Notes under the pieces: generated by a model
Told to the model about the DNA's origin: nothing
The model's input: only the letters and a program-made list of their open reading frames with translations
The model's database searches: none
NCBI GenBank assembly: GCA_043228905.1
Contig: JBHGNT010000012.1
Location: 2,852,001-2,916,000 of the forward strand
Source: Azolla caroliniana
Lineage: Eukaryota; Plantae; Polypodiophyta
Length of the DNA stretch: 64,000 nt
Direction of reading: 5' to 3'
Shown here: piece after piece, positions 49,601-61,559 of the stretch
How the letters are laid out: each line of letters begins with the position of its first letter
How positions within the stretch are numbered: the stretch's first letter is position 1
Translations under genes and position numbers: made by a program

Positions 49601-52600
49601 TAACATACCAAGTAGAACAGGAAAAAGCACCCAAATTTTAGATCACTTTCATTCCTGGAAAATAAAGCATAATACCACCTAAGCAAGCATCACAGATGCA
49701 TTAAGGACAGATTACTGCAGCAAAGAATTTGAATGCACCTCATAGCCCGATAAAGTGGCCTATACCATAAGATATAGGAGCCAGGGATGCCCAAAAAAGC
49801 ATATATGACAGCGAAAATCCATATAATCACTCCTATATATATAATAAACACGCTAAAGTCAGTTTGTGTAAACTAGATATTAACTCCTAAATAAACATTT
49901 GATAACACAAAAATATAACTGCTCAAGTATCAGTAGGCATATACATTATCATCTAAATAGCTTTCCTTCTTCATACATTAATCTTCATCTTTTTCTACTC
50001 AATTTTGCTATACAATTTACATGTAGGACTACATGATTACCATCTTTCTTCACCACCACCCAAGCAGCAGTAACAGAAACCAAGTTCCAAAGTAAGCATA
50101 TTATAATGCCTGCAAGCCCAAAAATATAGATATATAAATTTTGTTAGGGTAATTTCATCATCATAGATCATGTGGTGTCCAGAACAGGTCCTACAACTAA
50201 ATAGAAATGAAACCATTTCTGTAATTGCACACCAAGGATTTGTCATGGTTGTCCATACAGAATTCAATGGATACTTTGGCAAATAGTAATGAAAAACTCA
50301 CTACAAGATTCACAAACATAAATAAATATAGAAAGCAAAAGAGTGGTAGATTCGAAATTGGTTCTATGCCTCTGAGCTTCTCTAGCATAACCAGTGATGC
50401 CTTTCTCCTGAGTCAAGTAAGAATATCTCCATCAATTCTGATTTCTAGCAGAAATGGAATCATTATAACGTGTACCTGTTAAATCCTGCAGCCTAATTGT
50501 GCTAGTGACAAGGTAGTATTGGGTCTCAAAGTTTGAGCGCCATCAATCTTTGAGTATGTGGAGATTTTCTTGAAGAAGTTCAAGATACTTCATTCAATAC
50601 TTCTTTCTACTCTGATCGCAGGTGGTCATCACACTGATTGTCATGTTAACAAGTTTCCAAGAAAGTATGTAAAATTTCTTTTAACAAGTACACGCAGAAA
50701 TTGCTAACCCACTAAAAATATAGCGCTTTCAATTTTCCAAACATAATTGTCCTTTGCTTTAAACCCTAAACCCTAAATGTCCTTTTCAAATCTCATGCAT
50801 GTGAGTTGTGTACTCAAATCACTTCAAAGACAACAGATGGCATAATTAAGTGAATCACAATGTTATTAATATTAAAATATGACATTACCAAGTTTTAATT
50901 TTAAAACATAACATATCATCAAGAACTTGCTTCTTTGAAAATACATCTAATAATAAATTTCTGAATCCCACCTTATCCAACGGCAAGTTATTCTCAAACA
51001 TATCAAACCTAAAATATAATCAGAAATCACATTATGTGAGTTGTAAGTTATTTGATCATATAGATTGTTGGGTTTAGTCTCAACACATAAACATCCCCTC
51101 AATTGGTAGATCCAAGTATAAAAGTGTAGGCATCCCTATGAGTGCCAACGAGTTTCCATTACATACTCTATATAAAGCCCCCCCACCTATATCCATTTCA
51201 TTTTATATATCTCATTCTTGCATATTGTAGTTTTGTGTCTCTTGGTGTAATATAACTGCATTTTGTTTTAAGTTTAATCACATTGCCATTAATGTTAATT
51301 TATTAAAGTCTTTCCTAATCTTTGATCCTCCATAGCAACACACATCTGGTATTTGCAAATAGGGTCACCCATATTACCAGCCTGGCATCATTGAGCAAGT
51401 TGTGCATCTGAAATTATTCCTCAAAAAATGGCTAGGACTGATGTCTAAGATTCGTTTCTACACTGTTATTTTGGTTCTTCTGCTGTGTCAGAATTAAAAA
51501 TAGAAGTTGCATCTGATCCATGCAAGGAAAATATGTTATTGGCACCAAGGACCAAGAATTTCATACAATAAACAAGAAAGAACATGAGGGTTCCCTCACA
51601 CAGCTTTTTATACGGAGTGAAAACGTAGGCTTTTATAACACATTGTTCATGTTAAAGTTGGTACCCAATGTAAAAAAAGAACCAACAAAGTTTTACCTAA
51701 CCAACTGCTGAATACAAAATACTGTAGACGAAGAAGATGAATAGGAATCTCCTTTGAATCAGGAAAATGAATAATCGGAAAAATTGGTGCTTGATTATTT
51801 CTCTCCATTGAAATTCTATCTGCGCTTTTTGATGGCTATTATTCTGAAGTACTTTCATCAAACAATTGAGACTCTTTCAACGTTGAAACAGTTTACCTTT
51901 CAGAGTGGCATTTTCTCTGTTCTTTAATTCCTGAAATGTACACCAACACGGTCATTGGGATTTGGCAGCTCAATTGTAGACACTACAAGACGAGGAATAC
52001 TAATCCTCTATCATTAAGTAATGATTATGATTAGGTATAAGTCATTTTGCATAAAAGTATCAAATCCTCCTATTCACATATGCCTTCATTGAGAGTGTGA
52101 ATATTCCACTGCCTTCAAAGTCTAGCTTTGAATAAAGGACTGTGAATAGAAGACATTTATCTAAGAACATGACATTGTCTCCATAGTGATTTATACATCT
52201 AACCTCCAATAGTACTCAAAATGTGCCAGTTACTCAAAATAAAAAGCAGCATCAACATACTTGACGGTGACACTGTTAGGTATGGAGAAGCTATTAAACC
52301 TTCCTATCCATTCTCATGTGAAAAGTTAGAAACATATTATTTTTTGCATGTTATCTCCTCTTTAGAGAGATTGCAATTCAATGGTAACAAGTGTAGTGCT
52401 TTAACTTTTCTGAAAGGAAGAGGGAGAAGAAAGTAGATCTGTATTTCATCCATTTGAGTTTTGGATGATTTCGGGAAATTTTCCAAGGTCTCAGAAAAAT
52501 ATGTTAGCTCTATAATTTCTTGCAATATCCTCCACAGAAGATAGATAGGAAACCATGACAAGCTAAAAGAGATTTCACATTTAGAAAGTCAATAGACAAT

Positions 52601-55600
52601 TGATTATTGCCCAATATCCACGATCAATGCAATAGACAATTACACAATGGAGAACTAAATTGCCAATTGAAAGAAATTTGTAAAGTTCAACAAATCACCT
52701 TCTCCCTTTGTCTCAGTTCAGCTTCTTTAGCATCAAGTTCTCTTTCTTTTCTAGATAAGTCCTGGTGATGAGAAGTATTGTTAACATCACGGAAACATAG
52801 TAGAAACAAAGGAGTATAGATTAAAGAATCACCATTGTTCTTCTATTTATTTTTGTATCAGTATCTGATGATGGTTCAGACGAAAGAGCATTGGGTCTTG
52901 GTGTAGACATCAAACTACTTGCGTGCATCTGTGTGCACTATACCATTGAACAACAATATGTCATATAAGTTCCAAAAGTTAATACAAAATCATTCATGAT
53001 ATTTGACACACACACAGAATATGCCAAGAATTTTTATGTTTTTTTAGGGTTCTCCTAAATGTATATTAATGTGAATGAATAGTATATGCAATCGCTTGAA
53101 ATATTTGGTGTTCATCATAGTAATCCACAATTGAATCCATGACCATTTCAGTAACAAACAATACTATTACTGAAGAAGGTACCCAAATAGCCTCTAGTAT
53201 TCTTAGTAAAACAAGTGAACCCATCCGAATTGAAAAGAGCTGAAATAGTACTGAAATAAGAATCCTCCCTGGATCAGTTACACTCTATGGGAAAGGAGGA
53301 ACTTCTGTCCTAATAGGACCAGTCATAGAATATAGCGTATTCAACAATTCTTTTGTAGGAATAGTTTCCCATGCAGAAAAGCCAAACACAAAAAAAAGCC
53401 TAGAAATTGAAACCTTTATTTATATTTCCTATAGGGATGGTGAAAGAATCATATTTGGGTCGAGCTGGATTCGAACCAGCATAGGCGTCGCCAGCAGATT
53501 TACAGTCCATCCCCATTAACCACTCGAGCATTGGCCCGCACTTTAAAAAACAAAGAGTAACAAAATGTTTTCGTTTCGGAATTGGAGTTCTATGGTAATC
53601 ATAGCGTCCTGACAAGTTGAATCTCATAACTCATCACTTTTTAGGCACGAGCCAAAGGAATGGGGTTCTTCTATAGAAATATCTCCGATAAGATTCGTGA
53701 GGTTCTTGCCAAATTAGTGCTAACCCCAGGGGAAGTTGAATTCCCACCACCTCCGTGAAAGAGAGTTGCCCTAGGCCTCTAGATGACACCTGGTATATAT
53801 GCCGTTACCTCGAACTTGGAGGATAATCGAACTCCGGCGACTTTACGTAGGGCAGAGTTAGGTTTTTTTGGAGTAGTTGTGGAATAGTTGACAGATGAGT
53901 CAGTTTCAATGTCATTATACAGAACTGTACGTGAGATTCCCACCTCGTACAACTCCTCTTCATTCAATTACTCTTAAGAGAAAGAGTACAAAATTACTTT
54001 CAGCTGTTCTCAGCTACGAAAGAATTTACAAAAAAACTAGAATGTTTTCAACTCATTTTTCAATAGAAAAACGAAAAACCTATCATATTTATGGATAGAT
54101 TTGCTAATGAGTTTCTCACTTTTGCGTGAGTCACGAAATGGATTGGATAGGTTGATGAGTTGGAATAGGCTTATCCATATCATTAAATACACTTCAATAG
54201 GGAATCTATTTCTTTATTATAAAAGATAGTTTGATATCTCTTACATATGCATATAAATCTAAAACAAAAAGTATGAATCATGCATTCTTTCTTGAAGCAG
54301 TTCTATTACTGCAGTAGTTCATGTATGGGTATCCATTTTCATTGGTCACATGACGAGCTTTTCTCCAACTACCAATTAGACTATGCTTTTCTCTCTGTAG
54401 AATCGTTGTGTTTGTTTTAATTATATTCTGATCTTAAATCCAATTCTTCCATTTGATCTTCATTCCATGCAGCAATTTATAGAAACGTGTAGAAGTTTAG
54501 TTTTCCTTCTTACATCAAACCATAAACGAAACTACATGAATTCTAGAACAATTCCACTAATATTGCATCACCATATAGATTGTATATGAGCTACATCTAA
54601 TAGATAGAATCATTAGATCGCTTAGTGTGCCTCGTTCTCTTATTCTGTAGATCTTTCCTTTAGCACTCTATTCTCCTCACTTGTGTTAGTTCACATAAAG
54701 CACCAAAAGCCCTGGAAGGATCATATATCCTTGTGTAAGCCATACTACATCAACCCATGCATTAAGATGAATGCAAGGACAACTTGCTTGATTCCCAGAA
54801 GCCTAAGATTCTTACAAGCTAAGTTATGTTTCTGAAAAAGGACAAGTCTCCTTTTGCAGTCATTAATTTCCTTTTCTTACTCTCTCCTGCCCCTAGTCAC
54901 TCTATTAGCCTCAATCATGTGTGGTTCTTGTGGAGCACTAGCATTGTCTTCAGTGAAATTCTGTAGGAAAAACCCTCAAAAGGAAAGAAGAAAGAAAGTT
55001 ATATTAACTTCCTTTAAGAGGGTAAAATATCCTATAAGACCAAATACGAGATCTTTCTTACAATTGTGGTTCGCTCTCAGCTACTGATTTTGACCCATTT
55101 TGTTTTATGTGTAATTTTTCAACTTAAAGTCATATGATGTTTGATTCCAAGATACTGAATGCATACAAAACTCAAAGTGTTTTGTTATCTTCACAATAAA
55201 TAGCATTGGTGATTGAGTGCCTCATCGTTGGGAAGAGGTTGTAATTGAATCATATAGTATGTAAAGTAGCAACTTTTAAATATGTCAGATCTGCAAAAGT
55301 GCACAAACAACCTTTTGGGAAAACCTAACATAGATGAACAAGCTTTCTCTTCCCTTCCATTTCCGCAACAATGGATAGAGCCGTCATATTACATTCACCT
55401 AATTGGAGACTTGATTTAGCCGCTCTTTCCAAAAGACAAGAATGTAAAATCAAAGGGGAAACCAGGTACCACAAGAAGGACTACGTTCACACCCGGACGG
55501 ATTATTCATCTTTCCAACGAAATATATGAAGCAAATGGTTTATCAGCCCCAATGATCAGATATTGTGATAAAGGAAAGACTAATACCGGACTGAAGAAAT

Positions 55601-56996
55601 ATGGTTGCCCAAAGAGTTGTGCTTGCACAACTGGATCCTGCCAAGTAAGATATAAAGAAGATTCTTTCAACTAACATATTCAACTGTGATTTGAAAATAA
55701 TTTTAAAACACAAAAAATGGACTCAATTTGGCCATAGAAAGGAGCAAATTCTCTCTCAAAGTAGACTAAAGCAAAAGAGATATAGTTGAAAAAAGTGCTG
55801 AGACAGCTCAACTCACACATTATTATGCAATAAGAATGTCAGCACTGAAACTAGCCTTTACATTGTCAAGGAACATCTGAAAATGCACACTTCATCTTAG
55901 ACTTAGTTCTCCAAATTTGGATAGTTAATGAAATGCATTGTTATGGTAAGTTGCATTTTGTTAATTGGATGAGTTACCTTTTCATGCATGAAATAGTATG
56001 AGATTTAAAACATACCACAATTATTGTCAAACTTTTGATCTAATTAGTGATCTCCAGCAGAAATTTTATATAATTATTGTCAAACTTTCGATCTAATTGT
56101 AGTGCAATGCGATAATACTGGCATGCCCTTTGAAAATATCAAAATATGTAAAGGTCTGTTGCTGCCAGAATTGCCGTATAAGCTGAGTGAAATGCAGTAC
56201 TGACTTTCATCTTTCAAAATATCAAAATAGATAGTAATCTGATATACTTCAAGTAAAATGCAATATTGGCTAGAATTGCTAAGTATTGACGCCTGTAACT
56301 GCATAATTTTGTAATCAAACTCAAGATGTAAAATTGTAATTCACAAAAAATGCAGTGCTGATATGCATCTTTGAAAAAATAAAGATGAACATTGTCAAGA
56401 ATTAATATTTGGAAAGTGCAGAACTTGCTTGTCAAACTGGTCATAACGCAAGAGCACATTTGATTTCAAAAAAATCTTTCTTTTTAGAAATACTTGGGAT
56501 AAATCAATTTTTCAGAAGAACTCGTGATAGTTCAATTTTCAGAAACTTGTGGTAATTCAAAATTTCCGTCTCAAATGCATATATCCTTTCAGAAACACTT
56601 GTGAAAAGTGCGCATTTCCTCTCAAATGCATATTTCCTTTCATAAATACCAGGGATAAAATCAATTTTTCAGAAAAACTCGTGATAGTTCAATTTTCAGA
56701 AACTTGTGGTAATTCAAATGCATATCCAAAACGTTCCGCCGATTCACGTGAAACATCGAAAAAATTTATGATTAAAATGCGGTGCATCGTTTAGGGAAGA
56801 TCAGAACAGAAGGTGTCTGAATTTCAGCTTACCTTTTTCCTTAGCGTGAAAGAAAATGAAGTGCTGCTGGAAAAGCGAAAGAGTGTGAAGAAGGAAAGGT
56901 ACTTACTGAGAATGGATTCAGGTATTCGTCTTCTTCATCTCCGTCATGGTGGTAATCGTCGTCGTCGCATCGACTGATACGATCGTGCAGAACCAT
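43641..56996 (-). CDS. SCAMP: Secretory carrier-associated membrane protein (SCAMP), multi-exon
   Basis: GT-AG exons in consistent phase: 56996-56907 (..YLNPFS), 55637-55587, 52928-52833, 52761-52699 ([21 protein letters not shown]), 51930-51897, 51819-51697 ([18 protein letters not shown]), 50109-50041 (CLLWN), 49832-49739 ([16 protein letters not shown]), 49654-49609, 49520-49453 (AAVAPP), 49138-49090, 49010-48945. A possible extra exon near 54960-54901 and the terminal exon 43658-43641 (HMYCK*) are tentative. Confidence 0.85.
45106..48736 (+). mobile_element. 5'-truncated non-LTR retrotransposon (RTEX-like: APE, RT, C-terminal CCHC), antisense to SCAMP
   Basis: [17 protein letters not shown] endonuclease motifs; GFRKG, DFRKAFD, GVKQGCP, frameshifted YADD; [29 protein letters not shown]; (TCTT)4 tail at 48721-48736; several stops. 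Confidence 0.88.
53456..53537 (-). pseudogene. trnY-GUA: Plastid trnY-GUA copy (NUPT)
   Basis: gggccaatgctcgagtggttaatggggatggactgtaaatc...gctggttcgaatccagctcgaccca; GTA anticodon, long variable arm, stem mismatches consistent with C>T/G>A decay. Confidence 0.88.
53721..53786 (-). pseudogene. trnE-UUC: Plastid trnE-UUC copy, 5'-truncated (NUPT)
   Basis: tctagaggcctaggg..ctctctttcacggagg..gggaattcaacttcccctgggg; TTC anticodon; upstream of trnY as in the plastid trnE-Y-D operon. Confidence 0.8.
53787..53965 (-). pseudogene. rps12: Plastid rps12 3'-exon fragment with preceding group II intron domain V/VI (NUPT)
   Basis: [31 protein letters not shown]; upstream gagttgtacgaggtgggaatctcacgtacagttc resembles domain V. 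Confidence 0.88.
56496..56718. repeat. Intronic duplication of about 65 bp
   Basis: gggataaatcaatttttcagaa..ctcgtgatagttcaattttcagaaacttgtggtaattcaaa at about 56496 and 56652. Confidence 0.8.
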
Positions 56997-57079
56997 GGAT
57001 GCGAGACGTAGACAAAGACGAAGAAGCCAAAATGATGGGAAAGGTTTTTACTCTGGAATTTCAAAGGTATTTATTTAAA

Positions 57080-57395
57080 GGGAAAAGTACCAGGACACCC
57101 CCCCTGGAAGTTCGTCTATTTACCAGAATGCCCCTAGAAGTTCCAAATTTACCAAACTACCCCTATGTCCAAATAATTACACTTTATAAAGTCATTATAC
57201 ACTCAAATCTTTGGTAAATAGGGCTTGTTCGGGTCCATTTCTTCCATCTTTCGTAAATAGGGCTTGTAGATTTGAGTGTATAATTACTTTATAGAGTGTA
57301 ATTTTTTGGACATAGGGGTAGTTTGGTAAATTTGGAACTTTCAGGGGCATTCTGGTAAATAGACGAACTTCCAGGGGTATCCTGGTAGTTTTCCC
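57080..57395. mobile_element. Mutator-like (MULE) MITE
   Basis: About 130-bp TIRs starting GGGAAAA; perfect 9-bp TSD TTATTTAAA (57071-57079 and 57396-57404). Confidence 0.92.
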
Positions 57396-57959
57396 TTATT
57401 TAAATGGCATTACAAATTATAATGAAGAACTTTGGGGGGGGGGGGAGATCCGAGAGAGAGAGAGAGAGATTTTGTGTGTGGGCCATTACATAAAGTGTGC
57501 CCCACGAAAAAGAAAAGGTCATGACAAAACCACACAAGTACAAAAAAAGTATGGGGGCATCGGGCGTAACGGAAATCTCAATATCTCCTTCTTTTTATCA
57601 ATACCCCACACTAGTGGATTTGTCCAAAAGCATGCATGGCTCCTCGAAGAAAAAAAAAACAAAGGAAAAACATCAATGTGGTTGTATAAACTTCGTTAGT
57701 GGGTCATTGCCTTTTCAAACAAAGAGAGAGAGATTGTACAATTGGAATATGAGAAAAGGGTTCTTGTTTGATTGCCTTCGTGGAGTATGATGACATTTAC
57801 GTAGGAAAATTAGTTTGACAATTTTCACAACAGAGCTTCTGCAAATCTCCTTTTTATCGATACTTGTGGTAGTGGAACTATCTAAAAGCATACATAGTCC
57901 CTTGGAAAAAAACAAAACAAAGTGACTATATAAACATCATTGCCTTTTGTACATACATA

Positions 57960-57996
57960 CATATATAAAGATATAAATATAAATATAAATAAATAA

Positions 57997-58043
<47 letters not shown>

Positions 58044-58078
58044 GAGGAGGAGGAGGAGGGGAAAGGAGGGAGGGAGAG
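57960..58078. repeat. Compound microsatellite (AT)n(AG)n(AGG)n
   Basis: Directly visible in the sequence. Confidence 0.85.
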
Positions 58079-60589
58079 ATAGTATGATTGGAATATGAGA
58101 AATGGGTTCTTGTTTGATGGTCTTCACGGAGTATAACAATAGGTACATAGGATAATTAATTTTGCAGCTTTCACTATGGAGCTTTTTGGGCACCTTGTTC
58201 TCCTAGAGTTTTTTTTAGGTCTTTAACCATCATATCTGAAGTATATCAAGTACTACCCTTTCCAATGCCCTAATGATGTCTTAAAAGACAGAATAAGCAA
58301 CCTTAACTTTCAAATTCTATGTCCAAGGCCTCCATTATGCCAAGTTGACAAATTGCACAAGAAAGGGCCGAATGATTCAATATTTGACTCTTCTTTTAAT
58401 GTCTCACCACATGATGATATGTCCAGGATGCAAGTTAGCGTGAAATTTCGGCGTAGGTATTGCACTTATGTTTGGCAACAAATTTTAAGATCAAATAAAT
58501 TACAACAATTAATAGCAAACATATATAGGTTGCTTGGATTGGTTCTCGAAATAATAGTTGACCAAAGTATAATGAACTCTAGTCGATGTGAAGGATCCCT
58601 AAGACAATGGTAGATAAGACCACGAAAATATTTTAATAGTGATTTCTAATTTATGTCAATGCATGGTTTTCTCTTCTCCAATAGCTTTGTCATCTACATG
58701 TAAGTTGAAAGCATCGTTGTTTCATCTTAAGATTTATGTCTTCTTTAAAGTAATCGAAATTATTGTACACCTTATCTATTACAAACCCACACAAAGATGT
58801 CACTATGACATTGTGGTGATCTACTATGATTTCCCTTCGTGTGTGAAAATTACTAGCTTTCTTCACTCCTACAATGGGGAACAACCACTCTTTCCTCTTC
58901 TTCAAGAAAAAGGAGTGCTCAACATGAAGGAATAGGATCCCCTTCTTTTCTTTTCTTTTCTTGCGGCACCCAATGTATATACCTCTTCTTTAGGGGCCTT
59001 GAAGCTTAGCTACTTTTCAAGATACTCCCTTAGCTCTACTATTGTTCCGAATAATACTATATTGCAGTTTAAAGTCATCTACCACTTTGTTGTCTTTAGT
59101 ATCGCTAGGGCTCTATTGTTCTATAGTGAGAATATAGCTTTGTCACAAGGTTCTTGAACAAGAACTCAGTATGAACTAGCGGATGACCCAATGACTCAAA
59201 CAAGGTCTTCTTATGCATATTTGATAGAGCTTTCAATACTACATGGTTTGAGAATCATTGTATACAACTATTTTTTTCTGGAAAGCAAACCTCTTCAAAG
59301 CAATCATGGAAAACCAACTTATCACTCAACAATGTGCATCGGTTACTATCCAAGCAATTAGGGTTGGGTTTGACCAACTCTCTCTTGGAAAGCGAGAATC
59401 CTTACCTCATTACACTACACTATCAAGTCAAAGTTCCTAGACATGAACTTCCGGAGAAATTGGTAAATAGAATACGCGGTATGCATGCGGCTCTTAGCAC
59501 CTCGAGTAGATCCAAACCCCGCATTAGAACTTTCCAAGGAAATAACTATTTAGTTTCGGAGAGTGGTTCGTAGAATAATGATCGTTAAGAGCAAAAGTTG
59601 AGGGTTTGAATCCCATTTTCTCTTCTCTGAATTACGAGAGTGATACGAGTTGTGTCAGTTGCTCTTGCCGACCCATTTTGTGAAATTCCCCTCTAGCTCA
59701 AGAAACGAGGTCATAGCCGAGCGGCAAGTGCCCCCTACATACTTCTCAACTCCTAAATAAGGAGCTCGAATCTATTGATGACACCTTAGATTGTGTACTT
59801 TTCCAAAAGATCTTCGTTGTTGTAATATGGATAGTTTGTATCATCATTTGTATTACTTTTATAGGATAGAGAGATAGTACAAAGAGGATAACAACAAAAA
59901 GATGAGCTAGAGAAAGGGTAAAAGAAAAGACGATGTAAAAACATATGCATTTTGAGAGAAATGAAATGAGAATGCTAGCATGTGGACATGTGCTAAAAGT
60001 TCAAAATGACTTATGAGATCGAAAATATGACTATAATATGAAATGATGGTGCCAATATGAAAACCAAGGCTATAGAAACGGAAATTTGTACAAATCCTTG
60101 GGTTGAACATAAAGATTAAAATACAAATGTACGGTAGAGACTAAGTTATAATATCGCTCTTGTAGAGTGCCACATTTTGAGCTCGTTAACCTCTCTTTCT
60201 TTTCTTTTCTTTTCTTTTTTCGTAAATCAATATTTGTTATTAAAATAAGGTGATAATACAACCCTTGCTATCTTCACTACTTCATAAATAGTGATAGTGC
60301 AAGGGAAACCCTCTCAAGTGTTGCAAAACTAGATCTTATACCTCTATCTCCTCTTGGGATAACATCCCCATACAACATAATTGTGAATTTTATTTATTTA
60401 TATTTATTTTCATAAAAAACTATCCTCCATTGGTATTAAAATTAAAATGGGCAATATACAAGATAATCCAATATTACAACAAATATTGTATAGCCATGTC
60501 GAATGACTATAGCCAATCTTTCTAGCCAATCTTATTCATGTTCGTCATATCCAAGAACAATGTTCATTCAGCAACCCCGTTCTTTCAAT

Positions 60590-61440
60590 CTTAGCTGACA
60601 TCTCACGTTTCTTCATAATCTCCTTGCATTGTCAGTGTCTTTGCACTTGCAATACATGTCTATAAGAGCATTGCTCACAAAGACATTCAAGTCATATCCA
60701 CTTGCAACTGTATGGTTATCTTGTCTATCATCTTATTTGCAATAATGATGTCTGTTAACAAACCATTTTTATAATAAGGTTATTGCTTAGCACAAGCCAA
60801 GTTTCCTTCTTTTTTTGCATCTCTTTGTAAGAAAAAGTATTGATTCATTTGTAATAGTTTTTGCTTCAGTAAGTTCTTGAAATTCCTTGTTGATTGATCC
60901 ATCTTCATGCACCTCACCGAAAGCTCCAACTGTGCCAAAATAGTGATCCTTCTCTTGCACCTGATGATGCTTGTTTTTGAAGGTATATCATTGTCAACCA
61001 AGTATTGAAGAGACTACCAATTGACCCTGTTTGCAGTAATTATTGTGCACTTATTGTCTTTTTCTACTGCTCGAATATTGACCACAACATTTAGAGATAT
61101 ACCTTCCCAATGTAGCATGAGTGGCATAAGAGCATCCTTCCCACCCTCATTTTCAGCATAACTTGAAATCAGTGTTGTTCAGGAGACTATATTCTTTCTT
61201 TTTTCCCCATTCTCCAAATCAGCAAGATGCATAGTCAAACTCCACAAAAAGCCAGTAGCATTTTTATTTTTATTTTGGCGCCAACTTGATGATAAATTCA
61301 ATTGCTTCTTTTGCCACATCAACATTCCCATCAAGTTGGCAAGATCTTAAAATAACCATCCATGATGATAAACAAGGCTCATCGGGAAGCTTTTGCAACA
61401 AGTTAGTTGCTTCTATAACGCCACATGACCTTTTGTCCTG
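60590..61440 (-). pseudogene. PLS-PPR pseudogene fragments
   Basis: About 60720-60610 gives SGYDLNVFVSNALIDMYCKC (S-motif). About 61420-61280 gives EATNLLQKLPDEPCLSSWMVILRSCQLDGNVDVAKEAIEFIIKL (E1-like). Confidence 0.65.
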
Positions 61441-61559
61441 TGCCATTTTCAGTTATCCCATAAGCACGAGAATGACTTTGGATACCCATACATCATTCAA
61501 GGATCTATGACAATCATCAATAAACAAACGTATTCTTACATTAAACTATAATCCAATGG

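Larger units (their letters stand above)
53400..54230 (-). other. Nuclear plastid DNA insertion (NUPT) in a SCAMP intron; boundaries approximate
   Basis: Contains plastid-type trnY, trnE, an rps12 exon fragment and group II intron domain V/VI. Confidence 0.85.

Noticed and set aside
53456-53786. Functional nuclear trnY/trnE
   Set aside because: Plastid-type sequences with stem mismatches and truncation inside a NUPT.
59560-59625. tRNA-like or organellar fragment (gggtttgaatccc)
   Set aside because: Weak B-box only; no cloverleaf or recognisable gene.
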